From: Deferrisomatales bacterium
GTDB lineage: Bacteria > Desulfobacterota > Deferrisomatia > Deferrisomatales > JACRMM01
Assembly: GCA_033551855.1 (NCBI GenBank)
Contig: JAWSUI010000019.1
Coordinates: 1 to 61,529, forward strand
Direction: 5' to 3'
Length of the DNA: 61,529 bases
Positions 8,331-16,701 of the stretch are shown here, in pieces. The notes below the pieces were generated by a model that had not been told where the DNA came from, made no database searches, and saw only the letters and a list, made by a program, of their open reading frames with translations. How positions within the stretch are numbered: the stretch's first letter is position 1; each line of letters starts with the position of its first letter. A program made the translations under genes and the position numbers.

Positions 8331-8407
8331 GGCGGGGTAGCTCAGCTGGCTAGAGCAGGGCTCTCATAAGGCCAAGGTCGGGAGTTCGAGTCTCCCCCCC
8401 GCCACCA
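8331..8407 (+). tRNA. tRNA with CAT anticodon, most likely elongator tRNA-Met
   Basis: Acceptor GGCGGGG/CCCCGCC-ACCA, D arm GCTC/GAGC, loop CTCATAA, T arm GGGAG-TTCGAGT-CTCCC. The G1-C72 pair argues against initiator; Ile2 not excluded. Confidence 0.93.
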
Positions 8408-8415
8408 CGAACGCC

Positions 8416-8443
8416 AAGGCCCCGCCGCGCTGCGGGGCCTTTT
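8416..8443 (+). terminator. Intrinsic terminator after tRNA
   Basis: AAGGCCCCGC...GCGGGGCCTT stem followed by a T run. Confidence 0.8.
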
Positions 8444-8460
8444 CGCGTCTCCCCCACCGG

Positions 8461-8558
8461 GTCCTCCGTCTTCGGTCCTCCGTCCTCCGCCCTCCGTCTT
8501 CTGTCCTCGGTCTTCCGTCTTCCGTCTTCCGTCCTCTGTCCTCGGTCCTCGGTCTTCG
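8461..8558. repeat. 14 tandem copies of heptamer GTCYTCN
   Basis: Direct reading: gtcctcc gtcttcg gtcctcc gtcctcc gccctcc gtcttct gtcctcg gtcttcc gtcttcc gtcttcc gtcctct gtcctcg gtcctcg gtcttcg. Confidence 0.95.
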
Positions 8559-8562
8559 GTCC

Positions 8563-9204
8563 CTACAGCCCCAGGGCTTCGGCGACCAGCACGACCACCG
8601 TGTCCGTGAGGCGCGGCCGTCGCTCCTGGATGTGGACGACCCGACAGATCCGGTCTGGGCTCCGGCAGTCGGAGCACAAGCCGGTCTCGGCACAGGGGGT
8701 CTGGAAGGAGAGGCGGCGGGCGTTCGGCGGAGAAGCCCACGCGCGCACCCGGGCCACGGCTTGGTGGACGTCGTCCGCCAGCTTGTTGGCTCCCGCCACC
8801 GCCACGACCTTGCCGGGGCCGAAGGTCATGGCCGCGACCCGGTTGCCCGTGGCGTCGATGTTCACGAGCTTGCCGTCCAGGGTCACGGCGTTGGCGCCGG
8901 TCAGGAAGACGTCGCAGGTGAGCTGGCGACGCATCACCGCGACCCGCTCCTCCGGCTTCAGACCGGGGGCCCCGTGGATCAGGCACTCCCTCCCGAGCTC
9001 TGCGAGCCGCTGGGGAAGCCCCAGCTCCACCAGGGTGACGGAGCCGCCGAACCCCACGGTGCGCGCCTCCCCCACCTCCTCGAGCACCCGCGCCACTGCC
9101 GACTCCCGGTCGGCACAGCGCGCAACCCGAAAACCATTCTTCTCCAGGGCCTCGGCGGCCACGCCCAGGCGCTTGCCCACTTCCCACGCCGCCCACTCGT
9201 TCAC
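8563..9204 (-). CDS. LUD-domain (LutC/YkgG-like) lactate utilization family protein
   Basis: GTG 9204 overlaps the upstream stop (GTGA). Motifs GFGGSVTL, FLTGANAVTLDGKLVNIDATGNRV, GANKL, PCAETGLCSDCRSPDRIC. Confidence 0.88.
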   Translation of the reverse strand: MNEWAAWEVGKRLGVAAEALEKNGFRVARCADRESAVARVLEEVGEARTVGFGGSVTLVELGLPQRLAELGRECLIHGAPGLKPEERVAVMRRQLTCDVFLTGANAVTLDGKLVNIDATGNRVAAMTFGPGKVVAVAGANKLADDVHQAVARVRAWASPPNARRLSFQTPCAETGLCSDCRSPDRICRVVHIQERRPRLTDTVVVLVAEALGL

Positions 9205-9992
9205 GTCGGTCCTCCTCCCGCAGCGGGGCCCGGGGCCCCGCACACATCGTCTACCGCAACGAACAGCCGCGCCAGGTCCCCCGGCTCCGAGAGTCGGTGC
9301 CCTCCCCCCTTCACCAGGGTCAAGGTCACGTCGCCGCCCTCCAGGGCCTCTGCCAGCCGCAGGGATAGCTGCCAGGGCACCTCCCGGTCCGCCAGGCCGT
9401 GGAGGAGCCTCACCGGGCACCACAGGCCGATGGGGCCGCCGAGCACCCGGTGCCGTCGCGCTTCCCCGAGAAACGACGCAGTCACGGGGGTGGGCTCTGT
9501 CCCGTAGGGGTTGGGGAGCCAGACCACCCCCCCCTCGGCGAGGCTGCGGCGCGCGTTCGCGTCCAGGGCCGGCTCGATCAGCTCCTCCGTGAAGTCCGGG
9601 GCCGCCGCGACCCCCACCAGACCCCGTACCCGCTCCGGTCGGGCCAGGGCTGCCCGGACCATGAGCCAGCCCCCCATGCTGGACCCCACCAGGACCACCG
9701 GCCCGCGGGCGACCTCGTCCATCACCGCCAGGGCGTCCTCCAGCCAGCGCCCTAGCGTCGCGTCGCGGAAGCGACCTTCGGAGGCCCCGTGCCCGAAGTA
9801 GTCGAAGCGCACGTAGGCCCTGCCCCGGCGGCGGCAATGCTCCCCGAGAGCGAGGGCCTTGGTGCCCGTCATGTCGGAGGTGAAGCCCCCCAGGAAGACC
9901 ACGGTGGGCTCGGCGCCCGGCTGGGCGCAGTAGGCCAGGCAGGTGCCGTCGGGCAGGGGAAGGGACCGGACGCCCCCCGCGTCAGAGCTCAT
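9201..9992 (-). CDS. Alpha/beta hydrolase
   Basis: FLGGFTSDMTGTKA, RFDYFGHGAS, nucleophile GSSMGG, HGLADREVP, GGHRLS. Confidence 0.9.
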   Translation of the reverse strand: MSSDAGGVRSLPLPDGTCLAYCAQPGAEPTVVFLGGFTSDMTGTKALALGEHCRRRGRAYVRFDYFGHGASEGRFRDATLGRWLEDALAVMDEVARGPVVLVGSSMGGWLMVRAALARPERVRGLVGVAAAPDFTEELIEPALDANARRSLAEGGVVWLPNPYGTEPTPVTASFLGEARRHRVLGGPIGLWCPVRLLHGLADREVPWQLSLRLAEALEGGDVTLTLVKGGGHRLSEPGDLARLFVAVDDVCGAPGPAAGGGPT

Positions 9993-10494
9993 AGAGGGTG
10001 TCGTCCACGCGGGGCCGCAAGTAGCGCCTGCGAAAGCCCTTGAGCCTCCCCTTGGGGGCCTTCCCGCTTCCCGCCTCCGAGAAAGGGTCCTCCTGCTCCA
10101 GCAGGTCCCCGAGCTCCTCTTCGACCGCGTCCGGGTCTTCCCCCGCCTCCATCCGCCGGATCGCCTCCTCCATTCCGGGACCCAGGTCCATCCCCATGGC
10201 CCCGTAGAGCTTTCGCATCATGCGCGCCGCTTGGCGGGGGTCGTCCTCGTCCAGCCCGTCGGCCTCGGCCGCCAGGGCCTCCATGGCCTGCTCCATGCGG
10301 GCCTCGTCCAAGTCGGGCAGGCCGCCCTCCTCGGACTCCTTGCGGCCCCTGGAGATGGCGAACAACGACACCTGCCGCTCGAGATCGGGGCGGCGGCACG
10401 CCGGGCAGGCGGGCCGCTTGTCGGTGTTCACCCGGCGGGACAGGAAATTGAAGATCGCGTGGCAGTCCGGACAGTAGAACTCGTACACGGGCAT
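9982..10494 (-). CDS. FmdB-family zinc-ribbon regulatory protein with acidic C-terminal domain
   Basis: MPVYEFYCPDC...CPACRRPDLERQVS; GGAGG RBS before ATG 10494. Confidence 0.85.
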   Translation of the reverse strand: MPVYEFYCPDCHAIFNFLSRRVNTDKRPACPACRRPDLERQVSLFAISRGRKESEEGGLPDLDEARMEQAMEALAAEADGLDEDDPRQAARMMRKLYGAMGMDLGPGMEEAIRRMEAGEDPDAVEEELGDLLEQEDPFSEAGSGKAPKGRLKGFRRRYLRPRVDDTLYEL

Positions 10495-10573
10495 GGGAGA
10501 CCCTCCGAGACGCGGTCCGCCCCCCACCCGGGGGCTGCGACCGCGCTAAAGATCGGTCGCCCGGGGCTCGGTG

Positions 10574-11659
10574 TCAAGGAAGCGCCGACACCACCCGCAC
10601 GGGCTGGCCGGGGCGCACCCGCTCGTTGCCCCGGACGATGACCGGGGCGTCCGGAGGCAACGCGCCCTGCACCGCCGCCCGGTCGCCCTGGTACCCCACC
10701 ACCTCCACCGGGACCTCCACGGCTGCGCCGTCCACCACGGCGTAGACCAGGGTGCGCATTCCCCGGGGGACCAGGGCGTCGGTAGGGACCAGGAGCTCGC
10801 GGCGGGACTCCCCGAGTTGCAGCACCACCCGCGCGGTCATCCCCGCCCGCAGCAGACGCTGGGGGTTCTGGACCTCCACCTCCACGGGAAACGTGCGCGC
10901 CTGGGGATCCCCCGCCGGGATGACGGCCCGGATCGACCCCTGGAACTCCGTTCCCCCCAGGGCGTCGAGCCGCACCGGGACCACTTGCCCCTCCGCGACC
11001 TCCACGATGTACTGCTCGGGCACCGGCACCCGGACGAGCACGGCCGCGAGGTCGGCCACTCGTGCCACTGGGCCCCCCTTGGGGACCCACTCGCCGACCT
11101 CGGTGTGTTCCTCCACCACGACCCCGTCGAAGGGCGCCCGGACCGTCTGGCGGGAGACCCGGTCCTCCAGGAGCCGCACCGCCGCGTGCGCCTTGGCCAC
11201 CCGCTGCTCCCACACCTGGGCGTCCCGCCGGGCGGAGTCCAGGGCTTCCTGGGGCGCCACCTGCTTGCGCACCAGGTCCTCGGCGCGGGCCCGATCCGCT
11301 CGGGCCTTCTCGAGCTCCGCCTCCGCCAGCCGCGCTTCCGCCCGGGCCGACTCGAGCTCCTCGTCCAGCTCGGCGTCCCGGAGCACCACCAGGACGTCGC
11401 CCTGGCGAACCACGCGGCCGCGGCGCGCCTCCACCTGCCGCGCGAGGCCGGCGACCTCGGCAGCCACCAGGCTCTCGGCCCGGGCCTGCACCGACCCCAC
11501 CAGGGACACCCCGGGCTTCACCAGGCCCATCTCCACCGGGGCCGTCACCACGAGGGCCGGAGGGGGGCCGGGCGGCTTGGGGGCGTCCTGCTGGGCATTC
11601 GACGCTGCCGCTTGGGCGATCAGGACCAGGAGGGCGGCGGCGGCCTGGGCCCCTCTCAC
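10574..11659 (-). CDS. RND efflux periplasmic adaptor (membrane fusion protein)
   Basis: AEVAG, GDVLVVL, helical hairpin, VRAPFDGVV, GEWV, LRAGM, LVPTDAL, RGNERVRPG. GTG 11659 overlaps the upstream stop. Confidence 0.9.
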   Translation of the reverse strand: MRGAQAAAALLVLIAQAAASNAQQDAPKPPGPPPALVVTAPVEMGLVKPGVSLVGSVQARAESLVAAEVAGLARQVEARRGRVVRQGDVLVVLRDAELDEELESARAEARLAEAELEKARADRARAEDLVRKQVAPQEALDSARRDAQVWEQRVAKAHAAVRLLEDRVSRQTVRAPFDGVVVEEHTEVGEWVPKGGPVARVADLAAVLVRVPVPEQYIVEVAEGQVVPVRLDALGGTEFQGSIRAVIPAGDPQARTFPVEVEVQNPQRLLRAGMTARVVLQLGESRRELLVPTDALVPRGMRTLVYAVVDGAAVEVPVEVVGYQGDRAAVQGALPPDAPVIVRGNERVRPGQPVRVVSALP

Positions 11660-11970
11660 CGGATCTCCCTCCACTGGCGCAGGGTCTCTGCCTCCTCGGG
11701 GGTGAGGCTCGCGCCACGGGCGACCATCGCCTCGAGCACCCGCGTCCACTGCTCGGGCGTGAAGTGGCGGGCGTCGAAGCGCTCGGCGGTGTGACACACG
11801 GTGCACTTCTTGTTGAGGACGGCCAGGGCCCGCTCGGACAGGTCCTCGCGCTGGGCGATGGAGAGCGTCGTGCGGCCCTCCGGTCTCCCCTCCTGGGCCG
11901 CCGGGCCCCCCGCCACGGCGAGAGCCCCTCCCATCACCGCCGCCATGACACCGATCGACCGGACGAGCAT
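11656..11970 (-). CDS. Small secreted monoheme c-type cytochrome
   Basis: 104 aa; signal peptide; CTVCH motif; distal WTRVLEAM...GA; GGAGGAG RBS. Confidence 0.8.
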   Translation of the reverse strand: MLVRSIGVMAAVMGGALAVAGGPAAQEGRPEGRTTLSIAQREDLSERALAVLNKKCTVCHTAERFDARHFTPEQWTRVLEAMVARGASLTPEEAETLRQWREIR

Positions 11971-12052
11971 GTTCTCCTCCCTCGGTAAAGGCGCCGCAGA
12001 GGGTTTTCAGCGTACCAGAGGCACGGCCCGGGGAAAAGCACGCCGCCCCGGC

Positions 12053-12538
12053 CGGCATTCCCCACCCGGCACGTGCTCGGGGTCGGGGAGCCCCTCCGCT
12101 CCGCCCCGCAATCCGCGATATCCGCACGAGGCGGTGGCAAAAAAGAGGCCCTTCCGGAAACTCAGTGGGTCAATCCAGGGCAAGAACGATCTCGCGCAGA
12201 GCCGCGGGGACGCGGAGGAGTTCCTTGTCTTTCCCGGCGCCTCTGCACCACTGGGCGAGGGCTCTTTTCCGGACCGCGTGGGTAGTCCCGCTGTATCGGC
12301 CTTGGCTGCGAAGCTGGCCGAGGGCCGGCGGAGGAGTTCTTTGTCGTTCCCGGCGCCTCTGCGCCACTGCGCGAGAACAGGATGGTTCCTCGCACCCACA
12401 GAAAACCTGGAAGCTCCACGAAAGCGGGTGCGCCCCGCTTCACCGGTTTTTGTGGGCTTGGGCCCACCGGTCGAGGCGGCACGGGGCTGCGCCCCACGGC
12501 TCCCCGACCCCGCCCGAAGATCCGACGAGAGATCTGGG
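12053..12538 (-). repeat. ~200-bp palindromic element, subfamily B, copy B1, interrupted by a ~270-bp insertion
   Basis: 12061-12149 and 12421-12538 match the two halves of the copies at 28409 and 31337 (reverse complement). Perfect inner arms at 12079-12091 and 12499-12511. Confidence 0.85.
12212..12375 (+). repeat. 48-bp direct repeat (two copies) inside the B1 insertion
   Basis: 12212-12259 vs 12328-12375, 44/48 identical. Confidence 0.9.
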
Positions 12539-12623
12539 CTCGGCCTGGGTTCTCGGCCGGATCAAGTTCGCGGGGAACGCGGACGATCCGTATCCGCGAG
12601 AAGTGGCGGACAAGGAGGTCCCC

Positions 12624-12923
12624 ATGACACACGGCATCGGCATCACGGGTTCCGCCGCCCTGGCGCGGCACCTCGAGGCCCTTCGGCACCTCGACCCGGC
12701 GCACGGGAGCCCGGCCCACCCCCTCCCGGCCGAGGAGGCGCCCCAGCGGAACCACGCCCCCAGGGCCGTGTCGGGCAGCGAGCACCCGGGAGAGGCCCAA
12801 CTCACCCAGCGGAACCCAGGGGGGAACGGCCGCGGGGAGCCCGGCAGGGGCCCCCGCGAGGAGCCTGCGCCGCCCCCGGCACCCCGGCGGGAGACGGGAC
12901 GTCTGCTGGACATCCGGGCCTGA
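12624..12923 (+). CDS. Small hypothetical protein (99 aa) ending GRLLDIRA
   Basis: AAGGAGG RBS before ATG 12624; low-complexity middle; G-x-x-L-D-x-x-A C-terminus. Confidence 0.65.
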   Translation: MTHGIGITGSAALARHLEALRHLDPAHGSPAHPLPAEEAPQRNHAPRAVSGSEHPGEAQLTQRNPGGNGRGEPGRGPREEPAPPPAPRRETGRLLDIRA

Positions 12924-12961
12924 CCCTCCCGGGGAAAGTCCGGTGAGCGCCCGAGCCGTTC

Positions 12962-13996
12962 TCAGCCCCCTCCGGCCTCCCCTCGAAAGGCCGGGTGGCG
13001 CTGGGCCGCGAGGTTGACCAGTCCGCTCGCAAACTTGCCGTAGGAGACCCCTGCGACCTCGGCCGTGTAAGCGAGGCTCGTGTCCGGGCTCAGGTCCGCG
13101 TTGGGGTTCACGTCGAGGACGAGGCAGGCGCGGCCCAGGAGGCGCAGGTCGACCCGGGCATAGTCACGGCACCCGAAGGCCCGGTACGCGCGGCGCACCA
13201 CCTGTTCCACCCCCAGCCGCTCGTGCCCGCTCAGCGGGGCAGGCACGCGGAGCTCGATCTTCTCGTAGTGGGCCGACCCCGGGGTGAATTTCGAGTCGAA
13301 GGTGCACAGGCGGTCGCGCACATCCGTGAAGTAGCTGAAATCCATCTCCGCCGCGGGCAGCACGTCGATGGAGCCGTTACCCCACGCGGTCACGTGGAGC
13401 TCGCGGCCGTCGATGAACTCCTCGACCAGCGCAGGCTGCCCGAAGGCCTCCCGCACAAAGGCCACCCGCTCCGCAAGCTCCCCACGGTCCAGGACCACCG
13501 ACTCCCGCGAGATCCCGACGCTGCAGTGCTCCCGGGCCGGCTTGACGATGGCCGGGAACCGCTCCCACGGCTCCAGCACTGGGGCCTCCCCGTCCCAGCA
13601 CCGCCACCGGGGGGTCGGGATGCCGAAACGCTCCAGTCTCGCCTTGACCCGCCGCCGGTCCCAGCAGCGTTCCAGGACCTCGGCCGGGGATCCGGTATAG
13701 GCAAAGCCCAGCCGCTCCAGCATTCCCGCGACCTGCGCCTCGCTTCGAGGCACCCCGGGCAGCTCCTCGCACCAGTTCACCACCACGTGGTCCTGCGGGC
13801 AATACCCGCCGAGGGCGCCCGCCAGGTCCTCATCGCGCACGGGAACCGGTATCACGGGGTGACCCTCTGCCCGGAGCCCACCCGCCAGTTAGTCAACGGC
13901 CCGGGCAGCCTCGGCCGCCTCGGATGGGGTCCAGGCCGGGTCGTCGTTGTGCAGGAGAAGCACCGGTATGTCTGTTCGCCACCTTCGTCCGGCCAC
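12962..13996 (-). pseudogene. D-Ala-D-Ala ligase-like ATP-grasp protein with in-frame TAA at codon 36
   Basis: GGAGG RBS plus GTG 13996 give MAGRRWRTDIPVLLLHNDDPAW...AVD*(13889-13891)LAGGLRAEGH, in frame with an ATP-grasp body (VNWCE, AYTGS, IVKPAREHCSVGI, EEFIDGRE, YARVDLR, LDVNPN). Confidence 0.8.
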
Positions 13997-14355
13997 CGGC
14001 GGCCCCTCCCTGGGCAAGGCAAAGACACGTCGTCCCCGAGCGGGGAAATGCCGTCGGGTTCACTCCCCTTAGAGGAAATCGGCGACGAGGTCAAAGGGAA
14101 AGGCCTCGCAACGGAAAGGCCTCGCATTCATCTCAAGGTCATGATCGAACCCCCCCCGGAACCGCGCTGTCGCCCGAACGTGACAGGGGCTGCCGACCTG
14201 TCGGGCACCTTCGGGCTGGTCTGAACGAGCGATTCCGAGATCGACTCCGGACCCGAAGGCGCTCCAGGGGCCCCCACCCGACAGGAAACCCGGGACAGTC
14301 GACGCCGGGCAGTCCCCATGTCCACCCTCGCCCCGGATCTGCTATCCTCCCGCCC

Positions 14356-16701
14356 ATGCGCGACGTGGAGCAGGTCGTCCGGTCCATTCTCGGGAGCCGC
14401 AGCCTCGGCCCCTGCGTCACCCATCACGAGGTGCTCGACGCGGTGCCCGCCGCCTTCGGGCGGTGGCCCGAGGCCGCCCACCCCGACCTCGTCTCGGCGC
14501 TCCGCGCCCGGGGCATCGAGCGGCCCTACACCCACCAGGCCCGGGCGGCCGAGCGCGCCTTCGCGGGCAAGCCCTTCGTGGCGGTGACGCCGACGGCCTC
14601 GGGCAAGACCCTCTGCTACAACCTCCCGGTGCTCTCGGCGCTCCTGGCCGACCCGGGGGCCCGGGCCCTGTACCTCTTCCCCACCAAGGCTCTGGCCCAG
14701 GACCAGCTTGCCGAGCTCCACGGCCTGTCGGAGCGCCTCCCCCGTTCACTGAAGGCCCAGACCTACGACGGCGACACCCCCCAGGACGTCCGCCGCCGGG
14801 TGCGGGAGGAGGCCCAGGTGGTGCTCACCAACCCGGACATGCTCCACACGGGCATCCTGCCCCACCACCCCCGGTGGGCGCGGTTCTTCTCCGGGCTGCG
14901 CTACGTGGTGGTGGACGAGATGCACGTCTACCGGGGCATCTTCGGCTCCCACGTGGCGAACGTCCTGAGACGGCTCCAGAGGGTGGCCAGGTTCCACGGT
15001 TCGGAGCCCGTGTTCCTGCTGTGCTCCGCGACGATCGCCAATCCCCGGGACCTGGCCCAGTCCCTGACGGGGGCGGAGGTGGAGGAGGTCACGGAGTCCG
15101 GCGCCCCCCGGGGCCGGAAGCACCTGCTCCTCATGAACCCCCCGGTCCTGGATCAGGCCCTGGGGGTGCGGGGTTCCCCCGTGACCCTGGCCCGGAAGGT
15201 GGCGGGGCGGTTCCTGCGGGCCGACGTGCAGACCATCGCCTTCACCCGGAGCCGGCTCCAGGTGGAGGTGCTCACCCACTACCTCAAGGACCGGTTCGAG
15301 AAGCGACCGGACCGCCGGGGGACGATCCGGGGCTACCGGGGCGGCTACCTGCCCAACCTCCGGCGCGAGATCGAGGCGGGGCTCCGGGACGGAACGATCC
15401 GGGGGGTGGTCTCCACCACGGCCCTGGAGCTCGGGGTGGACATCGGGCAGATGGAGGCCGCGGTGCTGGTGGGGTACCCGGGGAGCGTGGCGAGCACCTG
15501 GCAGCAGGCCGGCCGCGCGGGCCGCCGGGCCGGGGCGAGCGCCGCGGTGCTCATCGCCTCGAGCCTGCCGCTGGACCAGTACGTGGTGACCCACCCGGAA
15601 GCGGTGGTGGGCCGGGCACCGGAGCTGGGGCTCATCGACCCGGACAACCTCCACGTGCTCGTCTCCCACATCCGGTGCGCGGCCTTCGAGCTCCCCTTCG
15701 AGGAGGGCGAGGCCTTCGGCGCCCAACCCCTGGGGGAGATCCTGGCCTACCTGGAGGAGAAGGGGGTGGTACGCCGGGCCGGGGCGCGCTGGCACTGGAC
15801 CGAGGACTCCTACCCCGCGGACCAGGTGGCCCTGCGCACCGCCGAGCCCGAGAACTTCGCCGTGGTGGACGTGACCGAGGGCCCGCCCCGGGTGATCGCC
15901 GAGGTGGACTTCGAGAGCGCACCCACGACGATCCACGAGGGGGCCATCTACATGGTGGAGAGCCGGCCCCACCACGTGGACCGCCTGGACTGGACGGCGC
16001 GGAAGGCCTTTGTGCGCCGGGTGGAGACGGAGTACTACACCCAGGCCGTCACCTCCTCCAAGGTGCGGATCCTCGAGTCCTTCGCCGCAGGGACGGGCCC
16101 CTGGGGCGAGGGGGAGTGGGGGGAGGTGCACGTGCTCACCCACGTGCCCGGCTACAAGAAGCTCAAGTTCTACACGGTGGAGAACATCGGGTACGGGGAG
16201 GTGGACCTGCCGGACCAGGAGATGCACACCACCGCCGCGTGGTGGACCTTCGACCCGGGGCTCGCCGAGCGCCTGGGGCTGCCGCCCTGGGCCTTCCTGG
16301 AGGGCCTGGCGGGGGTCTCCTACGCCCTCCAGCACCTGGCCGCCCTGCGGTGCCTGTGCGACGTGGGGGACCTGGGGCGCGCCCTGGGGGATCGGGAGGG
16401 GCGCTGGAGCTTCGCCCTGACCGCCGGCGCCGCGGGGGGCCCCCGGATCGCGGGCGAGGGGGCCGGGGAGGAGGGCCCCCTGCGGCCGACGGTCTTCCTC
16501 TACGAGCGCTACCCCGGGGGAAGCGGGCTCGCCGAGGGGATCCACCTGCGCGCCCGGGAGCTCCTGGCCGCCGCCCTGGAGCTCGTGGCGGCCTGCCCCT
16601 GCGAGGCCGGTTGCCCCTCCTGCGTGGGCCCCGCCGGGGATTCCGGCGAGGGGGCCAAGGCCGCGGCCTTGGCGGTGCTGCGGGCAGGGACGGCGTCGTG
16701 A
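14356..16701 (+). CDS. DEAD/DEAH-box helicase with C-terminal 4-Cys DUF1998-like domain (MrfA/YprA/Hrq1 family)
   Basis: TPTASGKT, PTKALAQDQ, TNPDMLH, DEMH, SATIANP, ALELGVDIG, QQAGRAGR, CPCEAGCPSC. Confidence 0.92.
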   Translation: MRDVEQVVRSILGSRSLGPCVTHHEVLDAVPAAFGRWPEAAHPDLVSALRARGIERPYTHQARAAERAFAGKPFVAVTPTASGKTLCYNLPVLSALLADPGARALYLFPTKALAQDQLAELHGLSERLPRSLKAQTYDGDTPQDVRRRVREEAQVVLTNPDMLHTGILPHHPRWARFFSGLRYVVVDEMHVYRGIFGSHVANVLRRLQRVARFHGSEPVFLLCSATIANPRDLAQSLTGAEVEEVTESGAPRGRKHLLLMNPPVLDQALGVRGSPVTLARKVAGRFLRADVQTIAFTRSRLQVEVLTHYLKDRFEKRPDRRGTIRGYRGGYLPNLRREIEAGLRDGTIRGVVSTTALELGVDIGQMEAAVLVGYPGSVASTWQQAGRAGRRAGASAAVLIASSLPLDQYVVTHPEAVVGRAPELGLIDPDNLHVLVSHIRCAAFELPFEEGEAFGAQPLGEILAYLEEKGVVRRAGARWHWTEDSYPADQVALRTAEPENFAVVDVTEGPPRVIAEVDFESAPTTIHEGAIYMVESRPHHVDRLDWTARKAFVRRVETEYYTQAVTSSKVRILESFAAGTGPWGEGEWGEVHVLTHVPGYKKLKFYTVENIGYGEVDLPDQEMHTTAAWWTFDPGLAERLGLPPWAFLEGLAGVSYALQHLAALRCLCDVGDLGRALGDREGRWSFALTAGAAGGPRIAGEGAGEEGPLRPTVFLYERYPGGSGLAEGIHLRARELLAAALELVAACPCEAGCPSCVGPAGDSGEGAKAAALAVLRAGTAS

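Noticed and set aside
8331..8460. tRNA-Met as an integration site for an island
   Set aside because: No duplicated tRNA 3' end seen in the window, no integrase, and downstream genes have core-like composition.
8461..8558. CRISPR array interpretation of this and the other repeat clusters
   Set aside because: Units are 7-9 bp and contiguous with no unique spacers; no cas genes in the window.
13889..13891. Selenocysteine or pyrrolysine recoding of the Ddl-like internal stop
   Set aside because: The codon is TAA, not TGA or TAG.
14096..14125. 14-bp direct repeat GGAAAGGCCTCGCA x2 and nearby hairpin, considered as a c-di-GMP riboswitch
   Set aside because: The conserved c-di-GMP-I/II core motifs are absent; it may be an operator but this is unsupported.
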